A stretch of 64,000 bases of DNA, taken from Lama glama. Taxonomy: Eukaryota. Location of the stretch: positions 50,780,001-50,844,000 of the forward strand of contig CM052817.1 in NCBI GenBank assembly GCA_028534125.1. The letters are read 5' to 3'. Below the pieces are notes generated by a model. That model was not told the DNA's origin and ran no database searches. It saw only the letters and a list, made by a program, of their open reading frames with translations. The position numbers were made by a program, and so were the translations under genes. This document shows positions 1 to 13,745 of this stretch, piece after piece; the stretch's first letter is position 1; each line of letters starts with the position of its first letter.

Positions 1-3000
1 TAAAAAATGTCAGATTGAAACATGTTTCTCAAAACTCAATATAAAAATTGACATTTAAAAAAGTAAACATACTTAAGGGGAAATTCTGGAATGTGCAATT
101 AGGATTTTTAGAAAAGCTTATCAAAAAGACTAAAATTCATTAATAATTTATTAGTGATTAGGAATATAAAAACACAAACTGTTCAAAATATTTTAACCAT
201 AAAGAGCCACTACTGCTTTAGACTGAAAACATAGCAGTGTACCTCATAAAATTTTCATAGTAATAATATAAATATAGCTATAAAAATAAACAGTTAAAAA
301 TAATGTAATATCTTTTTAGTTAATTTAAATCCTCAGGGAGGTTTTATAAGCCCTTTCTATAAAATAAGAAAAATGGGTGGGTAGCATTGCAATATAGTAT
401 ATTCATGGAAATGACAGAGGGAGACAAAAATAGAAATACCCCAAATCATACACAAACAAAACCAAATCTCCAACAATATTAAGAGTAAGCCTCATTTGTC
501 ATATAAAATGGATTAGTTTTAAATAGATGTATTAAGTAGGTTGGTATAATTTGAAATTGCCTGATTTCTGTGAGGCAGAACTTGGAAAAGTTTTGGTAAA
601 AGGACTTTAGAGAGAGAGCATGAGACAATGCCAAATTAATCATTGTTTCCCAAATCTAGCAGATGATACATTGAAAAATTATGTCCAAATTAACCTTTAA
701 AGATGTATAGTAATTATCATATGCAGATTTTTATAATTTACCTGACTAAAAGTCTAGAGTAAGGTGAGATGAACACCAACTCTAGTATGCACTATTTGTC
801 TCCATTTGGAAAGACATATGGAAGAAGAGAAGCTACTTCATAAAACAAAGGCTTTTTTTTTATATTTAGAGGTGAAATAAAGTAAATTTATGTTGTGTCA
901 AGTCATTTTAGACAAAGTGTACCAGGAAAAAAGAGAAGGCAAAATGATTGCTTCACAGATGCTTGCAGTTCACATGAATTACCAAGACTGTGTGAGAGAC
1001 ATACTGAAAATCACCCTGAGATCTGTTAAATGTTTTTTGCTAGTATATTAAAAATAAATAAAAACCTGTCAAGAATGCTTGACTCGGCGTGGAACTCTGA
1101 TACTCACAATCCTCCTGCTGCATTTAAATATCACTCTCTATATCTGAGATGTTCAGTTATTGTATAAGCAGCACATTAATAGAAATACTTCATTTCTTTA
1201 ACCATTCAGCTTTTGTGCCTGTAACCTTAACATTTTTTAAGTCATAAAGAAAAGAATGTTTTAAGAGTAAAATCCACAGTTTCTTTCTAAAGATAAATAA
1301 ATCTAACAGTATGTTTATTATCTATATATTACAACAACATACAAAATGACACCATATGAATAGGTAGATTTCTCAAAGCCCATCTTTCAGGAAAAGATTA
1401 AGTAAAAAAAAATTAATGTAATTTATTTCTTAAAGCAATAACAAACTAGAAATCTAAAAAGCAATTGAAAGTAAGTCTTAAGTAATTAACTCCATTTCAT
1501 CCCTTTTTGTGAAATAGTTCTGGTCATTCAAATCTCCTGAAAATGTTGAATAAACTTTATTTGGGAATTTTAAAAGAATTAACTTTTAAGATAATCATAG
1601 AATGCTTTATTTTTGCATAAATCTAATTTGACTTCAAAGTGTATGTTAAATTCACGATTTCAATAATATTTTATTGATTTATATTATAAAAATTTATTTT
1701 GTTGCTACTTTTCCATTTTTAGCATTACAATTTAAAGTTACTTAAGCAAATCTGAATATTGGATTTGAAGTAGATACTCTGGATTTTAGTGAATGCTTTT
1801 GTTATTTCTCTTAATTCTTAATTCATCTGGATTAGTCCCTTACTCTTTCTTGTCATTTATGACATGGATGTTTTTAAGATCCAGACCTTTCTTTATATAG
1901 AAATACATATTTTTGAAAAGAAAATTGTAAGTTTATAATAGTACTTATAAATCAAATTTAATATTTCAAAAATTAAAGTACATTTATTTGGTCATCATCT
2001 TGTTTCTTTTTACTGAAAAATTTGGTTCATGACAGCATTAACAATTACTTATTTGGATTATTCTACATAATTAGTTTAAAATAGTAATGCTAATCATACT
2101 CTAACACTTAGACTACTAAACAATATTTACATTTCCTTTCACTTCTAATTTATTTTAAAGTCATTTCAAGTAATGTATTTCTCTATGTGGCTATGTCACT
2201 GCCTAGATATATGGTTGGGTTTCTTTGTTTCCTTTTAATTTGGTGGAAGGACTTGCTTCTTTAAGACTAAATTTCCTTGTGAATATGTAAAATAATTTTA
2301 TTTTCTAAACCAAAGCTATGTAACAAGATACATTCTGAGGAGACACCCCTCCATTATTGCTTCTTCACCCCTGTTCTTTCCCTTCCCCTATAGATAGCCA
2401 TTTTTGTTAATTTGAAAGTTGAGTAACGTTTTTTGCTTTTACTTCTTTATTTCATAGTTCCCATTTGATTAAGGCATGGTTAGCTTGGGATTTAATATGA
2501 GATATCAGTTTGGTATTAGCCCAAGTTGGTGCAGAAATGGTCAGAATGAGGCCCCTGTAGATTCAAGATATAAAGTCTTAGATGAAATGGCCTCCATATT
2601 GGCCAGAATGTTTTTTTTTTTTTTTTCCTTTATCCTCTGGCTGCTTTGCCACCAGTTTGTTCTCAATTGGTTGAGTGGCTTTTTGCTTCTTTTCTTCTTT
2701 GTGAGTCCTAGTTGATTCTCCTGGAGTGTGCTTACTCTGTTTCTGTTATAGATGATATTCATAAGAAGGGGCAGATTGATACTTTGAACACATTTTTTTT
2801 TCATACTGATGTCAACAACTTCCTGATCTTGTATTATTCTAGTGAAAAATCTGAGATTTGACCTTCAGACTATCGATTTGTAACTTTTACATTTCTTGAG
2901 TTTTAATTCTCCCAAGTAAAATATAACTGAAATCATTTGAAGCATGGATGTTGTAGAGAAAGTTGTATCCCTTTGACAGGGAGTCTGACTGAACAAAATA

Positions 3001-3109
3001 GCTTTGTGATCCCATTTACTGTGTGAGGGCAGCCCCTGGAGTTGGACTTCACCTTTCTGTGTTCCTCACCATTGATCCTGATAGTACCTTATAGACAAAT
3101 TCCTCTTTG

Positions 3110-3589
3110 TGTGTTAGTCATGGTTCTCCAGAGAAATAGAACTAATAGAGAGATATGAAGACATTTAGTATGAGGAATTGGCTATTCCATTTATGAAGTT
3201 CAAGAAGTCCCATGATCTGTCATCTGCAAGACAGAGACCCAGAGAAGCCAGTGGTATAATTCCAATCCAGTTCCAAAGGCCTAAAAACCAGTGGGGCTGA
3301 TGGTGTAAATCTCAGTCCAAGGGCAAGAGAAGATGGATATCCTAGCTCAAACAGGCAGGAGGACAACAACAAATGGTGAATTCGTCTTTCATCCAGCTTT
3401 TTGTTCCATTCAGGCCCTCCAGGATTGGATGATGTCCACACACAGTGGAAAGGGTAATCTATTTTACTGAGTCCACTCATTTAAATGCTAACCTCACCCA
3501 GAAACACCCTCTCAGACATACCCCAAAATAGCAATTAATCTGGACACCCATTTATCTAGTTAAGTTGACATGTAAAATTAACCATCACA
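3110..3589 (-). mobile_element. ERVL solo LTR, MLT2-like
   Basis: Starts tgtgttagtcatggttctccagagaaatagaac and ends aagttgacatgtaaaattaaccatcaca, the reverse complement of MLT2 termini; TG...CA ends. Confidence 0.85.
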
Positions 3590-3889
3590 ATGTATCTGTT
3601 TCCCTACTAAAAACAGCCTCGTAAATGCAGGACCTTATTCAGTGTTCCTAGTTCTATCCCAAGCACCTAGCACACTGCCAGAGTCACTCTTTTTCATACA
3701 GTGAGCTCCTTCCCACTGAAATTCAACTGCTTTCTTGGGAGTGAGAAGGTGTTTCATATACTAACTCCTTATCAAGAGGTATGCAGATTGACAAGGTAAC
3801 CTTTACAGCAACAATACAAGAGAAACTGTGTTACTTAGGAATGCAGCATTTTATCTTATATACTCAATGCATCATTAGATAACTCATTT

Positions 3890-4520
3890 CTCTTCTACAA
3901 ACCTATTCCTTCCCCAGTTTTTGAAATTTTAGTTACTAGAATCACTAATTTCTCCAGCTACAAACATAGGGTCCCACTTCTAGTTGTTTACAAAGTGATA
4001 CTGATCCTATTTCAGGATTAGTTCTTCAAATCAACCGTTATTTTATGTACACCTGCTTCCCCTGACTTAACTGAGGCATCAATTTTTTCTTACCTGGTCA
4101 CTTCAACAGCCTTCTAAGCTTCCTATAGCTGGCCTCTCATTTTACTCTCTGTCTTCCATAGAAAAGTTTGAATTTCTTTGAATAAAACATATCTTTCATA
4201 TTACGCTTTCATTTAAAATATGCTTTTTTAACATATAGGTTTATGTGTAACATCTCTAACTTGAAACTAACAATCCTTCTGAACTTTTCCCTATCTACCT
4301 GTTCAGTTATCTTCTATTTTGTGACTTATGTTGCAAGCTTGGTAAATCTCTATTAATTTCCTTTACACATGGTGTTCGTACATGTTTCTTCACCTCTCAG
4401 TATACACTACCTAAAAAAACCCATCTTGCTCTCTGCCTGAAAGATGCCTATTTATTTTTCAAAGCATAGATAAATTGTCATATTTCACTTTGATAATGTC
4501 AGATTCTGCAGAGACTTAGT
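3890..4520 (+). mobile_element. Highly decayed L2 LINE fragment
   Basis: Pyrimidine-rich sequence resembling the L2 3' region; boundaries approximate. Confidence 0.45.
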
Positions 4521-5164
4521 TGCCTTATTTTCTCTAACAACGATATCAACAAGAATAATCACAGACTTCTATGTGCTATTTACTTCCCATCATGATTTTA
4601 TCAAATTCTTAAAACCACTCTTTCCAGGTAATAAAGCTGAGGTTCTGAAATATTACTTAATTCAGTCAAGATAATATAAACTGAGGCCCTACTACTTAAT
4701 CAGGCCTTTTCTCTCTGAATGAATGAGTCTCTGAATGAGTAGATTTGTAAAGAATTCTTTCCTATTTAGATGTGCATCAATTCTGCTCACTGTACTTTGT
4801 TCATTTAGCCCTGCTGCTTCCCATCTATTTGCTTATCTCCCTGTTGATCTAAAAAGACATTCTTTATTATAATGTTTTACCTTATTTCCACACTAATTTC
4901 TCTGAGCTGACTTGAAAAGAGGTAGACCTTCTAAAGCTCTCTATTTCCTATTCTTAACCATATGCAAGATGGATTTTGTGTCCATAAGCAATGTGTGTCT
5001 CCTAGTTTCTATTTATCATAGACGCTTTCAATTAATTTTCCTACAAAATGTCTGGTCTTCTATTTGCCACCTACTTCTCTTGGCTTCCAGGGTCTGAGTT
5101 TTGATCTATTGTTTTGAGTTAGAGTAACATTCCCCCTCTCTCTCTCTCAATTTCTTTATTACTA

Positions 5165-5560
5165 TATTAGTTAGCAATATGATTATGTACATAGTAACAG
5201 TGAGATCGGGATATTCAATGGCTGAAGTAAGGTAGATGCTTGCTTGTCTTTCATATACATCTCAGGCTATGTTGGCTGAATTCTAGGAGGTTATTCAGGA
5301 ACCAAGATCTGCCATTGCCAGGGCTGTCCTGGTCTGCTTGGTCAAAGATAAAGTACTGCTAGGTCTGTGTTCTAAACTTTTGTCTGGGGGAATCAGCATG
5401 CAGTGCAATAGTATGTCAAAAGTTGCATATACCACTTCTGTTGATATCCCATTAGTGTGGACACAGTCATATGACCTTACCAAACTGCAAAAGGCATTGT
5501 GAAATCTAGTCACTAAGTAGAGTTTTTGAAAGGGAGAAATAGAATAGAAACTAAATGATA
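5165..5560 (-). mobile_element. Old MaLR LTR (MLT1J/K-like)
   Basis: tattagttagc start and the block ccacttctgttgatatcccattag...cagtcatatgacc...aactgcaa, typical of old MLT1 elements. Confidence 0.6.
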
Positions 5561-6269
5561 ATCAGTAGTGTTTGCTATGCTTATGTCTTATTCTGGAACC
5601 ATGCTAATTTAACATATAATTATCCAGTTATTTAGTAGGAAATTTTACACTTGAACCAGAGTCCTGAGATTGAGTTCTCTACAGTCATTTAAAAACTTTG
5701 GATTTTGGACATGACATTTTCTGAACTTCACTTTTCAGGCTGAAACTAGAATTTGTGAAAATGCAATCAGTATATATATTGAGTTAATTTGAAGTGTTTT
5801 CCATTGCATATTTCAGGAGTATCACACATGCTGATAAGAAAAGTGGCTCTGTATCTTGTACTCATTCATTTTACCAACAACTCATTTTCATCATAGAGAT
5901 GACTATTATCAAAGGGGAAAGTGCCTTGAAATATTGTGCAATGTTCTATTACTAAAAAGAAGAAAGAGAAAATAGTCATTGGACTAATTAACACTTATAA
6001 AAAAACTCTAAAATTATCAGTACTCTCATGATTAATATTTACCATAGGCTTGTTTTATTATCAGCATTCTATCTGTCCTCTCTTGGCCTCAGGTTTTTTG
6101 TTTTTTTGTTTTTTTTAATAAACTGAGATGGCTAGGCTAGATGATCCCTAAGTTTCTTTTCTAACACTTCTGATTCTGTTGTTGCATTGAAAATATTAAA
6201 AATTTTATAAGAAATAATATGACAAGGCTGTTTACTATACGTTGAGGATTAACTGAATAAAACAGATCT

Positions 6270-6320
6270 AAGCTACCATAATATTGTAGGTCAACTATAT
6301 TTCAATAAAAAACAAACAAA
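6270..6320 (+). mobile_element. Extremely 5'-truncated L1 (3' terminal ~50 bp)
   Basis: ataatattgtaggtcaactatatttcaataaaaaa L1 terminus with A-tail; flanked by aaaacagatct (6259-6269) and aaaacagacct (6321-6331) TSDs. Confidence 0.75.
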
Positions 6321-7194
6321 AAAACAGACCTGGATTCCTCTAAGAAGCTTCCATTCTAATGAGAAGTTTAGTAATGAAAATTAGGAAAAATTAATGATGG
6401 GGCAATTAATATCAAAAGACATCAAACTCATGCTTAGTGAAAAAGAGAAAATGGGCATTTTACATGGATCTATGATTTTCAGTAATAGTGTTACATTATG
6501 TTCAGCTTCCTAAACACTTTGGTCTTAGGGTAACATAAAATTAAAACACAGCTTAAATGTATCCCTATTAGATTTAGTCATCCATTCTACCTAATCCCAC
6601 GTCTATCCTTCCCCCCACCTATAAAACATAGTTGATAAATTTCCATACAATAGTATGGAAGAGGAACTCAGACATGTTTTGCATCCTCTTACTCTGGAAG
6701 GCATTCTGTAAGTATGCGGTGAGTGACACTTAAGACTGCTGTTACATTTAAATCTATCAGTGATTTGTTATGAATAAGCCTTTTCATACTGAATGATACT
6801 AGAAATAAAAGAATTATTCTTTATTGAATCCAAATACTGCCTATAAAATATTCTGTCTATGATAACATTTTGCATCATAGCATTATTACAGGAGATTGGT
6901 TAAATGTACTAATAAAAATGTCATAGCACAATAAATTTTAACTACACATGTTAAGTATAATTTGACATGGCTCAATATTTTAAAGTATGCATTTCATTAT
7001 ATCTTTATTCCAAGGCACTTCTCCAACTTTGAGTTACTGACAAACTGAATAAGTGAAAATTTATTAACTACCATCTAGTCCTGTTCAATTACTCCACATT
7101 GACTTTCTAATCTTAAAGCCCACTGAGAGGAACCCAGGTATACATTTTCTATTTGGTCATTTAATCTCAGTATCCATCTCTAAACTGGCACTAT

Positions 7195-7410
7195 CATAAT
7201 AAAAACCAGTCTTTAAGGGGCTTTAACTGTGTGCCAGTTACAGCAGTAAATTATTTTTTAATCCACATCCAACCTGATGAGTTCGGTTTTATTATCATAC
7301 TCACTCTTTATATGATGGAAGTGAAGCCTGCACAGATTAGGAAATGTATCCAAATAATTTTAATTAGCTATAACCTCGGGTAATCTCACTCTAGATCCTG
7401 AACCTTGACA
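7195..7410 (-). mobile_element. MIR SINE
   Basis: Reverse MIR core (ttattatc...ctttatatgatggaagtgaagcctgcacagattagg). Confidence 0.55.
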
Positions 7411-7899
7411 AGTCCCTTCTTAGGGATTGTTACTGAGAAGTTAATCCAAATTTATTTTTATAACTGTGCTATATGACTATGTCTAAGTCTATTCAAAAAG
7501 ATGCTAAAATCCAGGGTTTCTCTCAGAGAAATGATGCTAATACTATATTGTTTTTTAAAAAAAATAATTTTAGGGTATCTTTTGCTAATTCAGTAAGGCC
7601 ACTATCTTACCTTTTCCCCAACTCTAAGATATTTACATGTATCTGAGTAGATGAGGCAACCATTCACTTAAAATCAATATACTATGCATGTTATTTATAC
7701 ATAGAATAATATTCTGTAGTGATAAGCCTTAAGAAATTCTTAGGCACCAAATATCTAAAAGTTAAGACCATCAGCTTTTAGCAGTAAGACACTATTTCAG
7801 TTAATTCTGTCCATTTTTATATTTAGTTTCTTTCTCTTCTAAAATTTTAACTTGTGTTACCTATATGTATATTATTTGGAAAATATAAAAACCTACTTT

Positions 7900-8290
7900 A
7901 TTGGAGAAGATGTTGGCTAAGTTCTTTAACTGAAAACAGATAGCAGTGACTTAAACAAGATAATATAATACTCTTCTGCTTCAAAAATTCAAAATGCTGC
8001 CAGGCAACCTGGAGGGAAAGAGGTATCGTCTATATTGTTGCTTTACCCTTCCCTAGGGTGTTGACCTTAACCATGTTGCACCTGAATCAGATTGAATGCC
8101 TGAAAGCAGACTTGAGTGGTGTACATTTTTTTTTACAGGAATAATTAATAAAGTTGCAGTCATCATTTCTGTTCCCATCTTGTTGGGCAGAAATTAGACG
8201 TATGACAGTTTTTAATTGCAGAGGAGTCTTGCTAATATAGTCTCTAATTGGGTGGTAGTGTGCTCAGCCAAAACTATCAATGCTCTATTA
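7900..8290 (-). mobile_element. Old MaLR LTR (MLT1J/K-like)
   Basis: cagtgacttaaacaagata...aaagttgcagtcatcatttctgttcccatcttgttgggcagaaattag, similar to old MLT1 elements. Confidence 0.55.
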
Positions 8291-8994
8291 TTAAACGAAA
8301 GAAAAAGAGAAAGGATATTGGCATAGGTAACCATTAAAGTATCTATAATCTCCCTGAGATCTTTAATATTAATTTCTAATTAATGTGATTAATGCTGAAA
8401 TAAACATATAAATACACTAATGTATCCACAGGTTTGTTGGTATCTTAAGATAGAATTTTGAAAATGTAAATTATGGTAAATCAGTATATCAAACAAATGG
8501 AAAAAATGAAATAGGACCTAAATATATTTTATAAAACCAGTACTAGTTTATGTTTAAATATAACTTATGCTTGAAAACTATGATATATTCCAGGATATAC
8601 TTAAAAATCTTTGAAATTGTGACGGACAAAATTCTTTTTTAAATGTACATTAGTTTCATTTTTAATTATTATATATTTCTAAATTAATTGGCCAGTTGTG
8701 TCTGTTCTCCACACTGTGTCTTCATGCATCTTCCCATTTTATGTGGAATTTAATGTTTCCTACTACATATGAATTCATATATGTTCCTAATGTATATGGA
8801 TTTCATATGTATTATGGATATTAATGCTTCATTAATTATATATATTTAAAACTTTTCCTAATTTGAACTCTGCTTCTTGCTTATTTTTTATCTTACTGCT
8901 TTTCTGAGATATTTTGAACTTTAAAAGGTTTTGGTTTCCAGTAGTTAAAGCCATTAGTAATACTGTTTTTTGAGGGTCTTTTTTCCTTCATCCC

Positions 8995-9870
8995 TCAGTT
9001 TTATTGAGATATAATTGACTTGCAACACTGAATAAGTTAAGGTATATAGGGCAATGATTTGACTTAAATTCACTGTGAAATGATTACCACAATAAATCTA
9101 GTTAATATCTATCATCTTATGTAGAAAGAAAAACATTCCTTCTGATGCGCACTCTTAGGATTTACTTTTTTTTTAACAGTTTTTATATATGCCACACAGC
9201 AGTGTTAAATAACTACAGTGATCATGTTGTATATTACATCTCTAATACTTACTTATCTTATAAGTGGAAGTTTGTACAATTTGACCACCTTCATCCAGTT
9301 GCCCCTCCCTTTACCCCTCACCTCTGATAACCACAAAACTGATCTTTTTCTATGTTGCTTTTCTTTTCTTTTTTATTTTCCCGTGTAAGTGAGGTTGTAC
9401 AGTATTATCTTTCTCTTTCTGAATTACTTCACTTAGTATCATGCCCTCGAGGTTCATTGGCTAAAAAATACTCTATTGTGTATATGTATATAGCAACTTT
9501 TATCAGCAGATACTTAGGTTATTTCTGTGTCTTGGATACTGTAAACAATGCTACTGTGAACATGGAGAGGGGGCAGATATAGTTGAACCTTGAACAACAC
9601 AGGTGTAAACTGTTGGGGGCGTCTACTTATATATGGATTATTTTTTCAATAAATACATACAGAACTGTAGGTCTAGTGTTAGTTGAATCTACAGATGTAG
9701 AACTGCAGACACAGAAGGGCAATTGTGGGACTTGAGCATCCTAGAATTTTGTTGTCCTGAGGAGATCTTGGAACCAGTCCCCGTGGATCCAAGGGATGAC
9801 GGTATTCCCAGAAGCGTAATTGCTAGATTGTATGGTAGTTCTATATTTACTTTTTTGAGGAGTTTGAGAG
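8995..9870 (-). mobile_element. L1 3' fragment (L1MA-like) interrupted by a Tigger MITE
   Basis: ttattgagatataattgac...gaaatgattaccacaata L1 3' UTR reverse complement; resumes after 9804 with cccagaagcgtaattgctagattgtatggtagttctat. Confidence 0.8.
9580..9802. mobile_element. TcMar-Tigger MITE (MER2B/MER8-like)
   Basis: Left end (t)agttgaaccttgaacaacac, right end ggaaccagtccccgtggatccaagggatgacgg, TA on both flanks. Confidence 0.8.
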
Positions 9871-10977
9871 TCTTTTTAATTTTCTTTTTGGCCAAATATT
9901 ACTTCTCATTTCAAGATTATTGACACTTTCATCCATATTAACATTTTTTTCATAAAAATGTGGGGTTTTTGTTATAAAATAATACATGTGAATGACTAGG
10001 AAGAAAAATATGCACATTACCCCAGTTTAAAAAAAATGCATACCAATCATCACCTCATCTTGTCACGTAGAAAACTAAATTGTCTGTTATTTCTGAGTGT
10101 TTTTTACAGATGGATAGAAAATTTTTGTAAAGGATTTTTAATAGAAGTGACATAGGAATTCAGTCATTGTAGCAGTTGTGCACTATCTAGTATTTAAAGG
10201 TATCTTTACATTGCCTTGGAGGTTTGGATTAAATAACTTGTTGAAATGAAGCTAACTGACTGAGTTGTTTTTATAAGACCCTGCTGTGATCACATTTATA
10301 TAGGAATTTTACTTAAAAGTCTCTACACTAGATTGTATATTCATAAATCAAAGAGAAACTAACTGTATTTTTTAAAATTATTATCTAATGGCTAACTTAC
10401 TTGAGACTATAAGTGAAAAGATAATACTCCGCAATACCTCATCCTTCCTGTGTAGATGGTCAGGGCTCAAGCTGACCACCATATATGGTAGCCTGAAACT
10501 TGTCAGAGGAGGAAAGACAGAGTGAGTATCAGTTTCCTTGACAGTGCCTTTGAATCTTAATGCTGTGTGTTCAGGCACTTTTCATATGTCACAGTGACCC
10601 GTTTTATTGCCTAGTGAAAAATGCATATTGAAACATGCATATTGATACAGCTAAAAGAATTTATTTATTTGTTGATCACTTTTTTTCTAATTTTATTTCT
10701 TACTTACATTGAACTCAGAAAGCAGTAATTGCTGAATGACCTTTACTGTTTTAGAGGGATAAGTACTTGATCTCAAGCACAAATGATACAAATTTTACAA
10801 AGCAGGAAAACACAGAATAACTTTAGATATCAAGTCAAAATCTGTTTCCCAACTCTCAGATCTCACATCTATTGGGAGGGGATTTAAAATTGTTTAATTT
10901 ATTTAAAAGTCTAGGCCTTTAGAAATCTACTGTACTTAAAAATCTAACTAAAAATAATGTATACAAATTTATTATCA

Positions 10978-11364
10978 GTGTCTTACCTCAGGCTGCTATA
11001 ACAAAATGCCAAACAATGAGTGACTTAAAAAACATGTTTATTTCTTATGAGAAATATGGATAACAGTCTGAAATCAGGATGCCAGTATGATCAGATTATG
11101 GCTATGACTCTTCCTGCCTTACAGATGACTGCTTTCTTGTTTTATCCTAACGTGGTAGGGAGAGGTGGGGGTAGGGGCAGGTGGGGACAACAGGCTCTCT
11201 AGTCTATTCTTATAAGGGCATTAATTCCATCATGAGGATCATACCCTCATGACCCCATCTAACCCTAATTATTTTCCAAAAGCCCCAGCTCTAAAAACCA
11301 TCACACTGGGAGTTATAGCTTCAACACATGAATTTTGGTGGAACACAAACATTTGGTTATTAAC
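10978..11364 (-). mobile_element. MaLR LTR (MLT1A/MST-like)
   Basis: tgtcttacctcaggctgctataacaaaatgcc...ttataagggcattaattccatcatgag...ttcaacacatgaattttggtggaacacaaacatt. Confidence 0.85.
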
Positions 11365-12024
11365 TACTAGGAATTGTACTCAAAATATGATTCTTCCAAA
11401 AATTACATATAAGTTATTATGAATCAAAATTTAAATGGCTTTTGTTTTCATGAAATGTACAGATAATACTGTAGGTCTTGTATAGCACTATAGAAGCATC
11501 TTTATTACTGCCTAAATGATTTACAGTCTTGTGACGTAACTACTGCTTCAGTAAACAAAAGAAAGCAATTTCAAATTCAATTCTTAAAATGCTAACATCA
11601 GTTTGGTAGGGAACCAAAGAGAAAATCACTTTTGTTCATGGCTTAAAAGTAACATTATCCATAATATGAAGTAACTTGAAACCAGTATGGAGCCAAACGC
11701 AATGAACTTGAACAACTTTATTTTTCTTGATGTATTTCAAGAGTTGTATTTTACCAAATTTAAAACTAAACTAGTCCCACCTGGGACTTTTCCAGGCAAT
11801 CTCTTCGTAAGCTCTTGTTTCAGAGAGAAATGGAAGGATGAAACATTTATTTATTCAATTAAACCTTGTTGAGCATCTCCTATGTGGCTTGCACTCTTCC
11901 AAACATATGTCTGTTTTGCCTTGTACATTTCTCCTTCTCTTCCATCTTTTCCTCCTCTTCTTCCATAGAGTAAGCAGGGGTTTAAAAAATAAAGTAATTG
12001 TGCATAAATGCTAAGGTTAACACT

Positions 12025-12151
12025 AACATTTTTTAATTGAGATGCACTATAGATTTAATATGTCATTTTAATTGGTAATGTTTCTTTCATAGCAGTTCGC
12101 TAATAATGGTGTATCTCATAATAAGTATCCTCTTAGTGTGATGAAATACGG
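12025..12151. mobile_element. TcMar-Tc2 MITE remnant (MER104/Kanga-like)
   Basis: Ends in cttagtgtgatgaaatacgg followed by TA, matching the MER104-type terminal repeat; only one end visible. Confidence 0.5.
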
Positions 12152-12589
12152 TATAGCAAAGTGCTTAGAATAAGCACCTAGCTGCTTACATGTAAAAGTT
12201 AGCTTTTATTGGCTGTACTGGACTAACCACAGGGCAAGAAAAAAAATAAAGTAAAAGCAAAATGATCATGCCCCTGAGGAGCTTATAATCTAGTATAGCA
12301 GAAGAAAAATAATACATTTGATCTCACTTTCTCAGTAACATCGATTTAAACCTTTCGATCTTCTCTAATCTTTCCTCTCTTAATTTCTGTCACCACTTTG
12401 CTGTGCTTTTAGACACCATGTTCAAAGGGAAACACCAAGGGAAGTTCTACCACTAGGTGTAGTCAAAAACAGCAGAAAGCAAGAGTGAAATAAAATGATT
12501 TTCAATTAAAAGGATTCAACTAATAACTCATTTTTTATTAAAGAGGGCCCAGGAAGGTCTAATGTCTGAGGTCTATTTGTCATCTGTTT

Positions 12590-12965
12590 TTTCTATATAT
12601 ATTTAATCCTTAGGAAAATATTACCTAATCCTGAAAAATTTTATATCTTCTACAGACTGAGAATTAAATCACTATCCTGTTTCTTTTCCCATAAATTTAG
12701 ACATATCTAGCTACCTAGATAGAATATCTATATGGATTTTAATAGATATCTCAAACCTAAAATGGCTGAAAGTTCATTGGGTATTTATACTCATCCCCAT
12801 AGCAAAAAAGAGACAAACAAATGCTTCTCCCTCAGATATCTCTATTCACTATGTGGCAACTTTATCCTCAGTCAACAAGGTAAAAGTCCTGTAGTTATTT
12901 TTGCCTCCTCTTTATCTCTCCCATTCAATCCATTAACAGATCATGTCAGCTCTCCCTTCAGAGTG
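12590..12965 (+). mobile_element. L2 LINE fragment
   Basis: tctagctacctagatagaatatctatatggattttaatagatatctcaaacctaaaatggctgaaag resembles L2 3' consensus; appears to resume near 14140-14535. Confidence 0.6.
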
Positions 12966-12969
12966 AATC

Positions 12970-13745
12970 CAGAGACTCCTGCCTCTGACCATGAAAGAGA
13001 CACTGGTCTAGGATTAAACCTCCTTGTATAAAACACTGGGAAACTGGAAAAAATGATACAGCTTTTTTATACATGGGAAAATAGGAATCATAGGAATGTG
13101 TCTCATATGAAAAAAGAAACCCATTAAATGAGCCTTATGTTTGCACAGGGTCTTGGCCTGGGGGAAACTTCTGGAACACAGCACTATGGAGAAATACAAG
13201 CAGGATATATGAGTTTTACTGAGGTGGAGAAACAGAAGTCTGAGAAGGCTGAGGAAGGTAACATGGTCAGGAATTAGTACTGATGAGGGAGCCACTTAGA
13301 GAGTGCCCGGAGTCCTTGGCTGTATATGTGTATAACCTAGAAGGACAGGCAAACAGCAACTACTTTAGAAATACAATCTCAAAAACTTGCAGAGCTCAAA
13401 AAGGACTGAAAGATGTTAGAATTCCAACTAGCCAGTATGGAGAGACCCCAATGAATACTCAAGGCAGTCAGATGAGACCCAGAAAGTTCCCGCCTTACAT
13501 AGAATGCTAAAATAGCTCTGGAATTAGGCTGTTTTGCTCTTTTTTAAACCAGAGCTGCCAAAATGAAGCTAAAACCATCACTAACTATGGATCCAGATGG
13601 TTCTCAGATTAAAAAAATGTGCTAGTCAAGAGTAGTCAACGCCCCTTTAAGGAAAACAAAAAAATCTAGATACTCTGTAGTATATTATTCACAATATCTA
13701 GCATCCAGTAAAAAGCGCTAAAGATGTAAAGAACAGGATAATATG
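12970..13745 (+). mobile_element. Old L1 (L1M) 5' region fragment
   Basis: agactcctgcctctgaccatgaaag...aaaacactgggaaactggaaaaaat and later attcacaatatctagcatccagtaaaaa resemble L1M 5' UTR; sits between two L2 pieces. Confidence 0.55.

Noticed and set aside
537..586. Possible MADE2/mariner half element (taggttg...tgaaattgcc)
   Set aside because: Only one degenerate terminal repeat; too weak to call
10621..10648. Short tandem duplication atgcatattgaaac/atgcatattgatac and similar pairs near 4714, 22104, 23970, 57843
   Set aside because: Ordinary slippage products of two copies each; no regular repeat-spacer array, so nothing CRISPR-like
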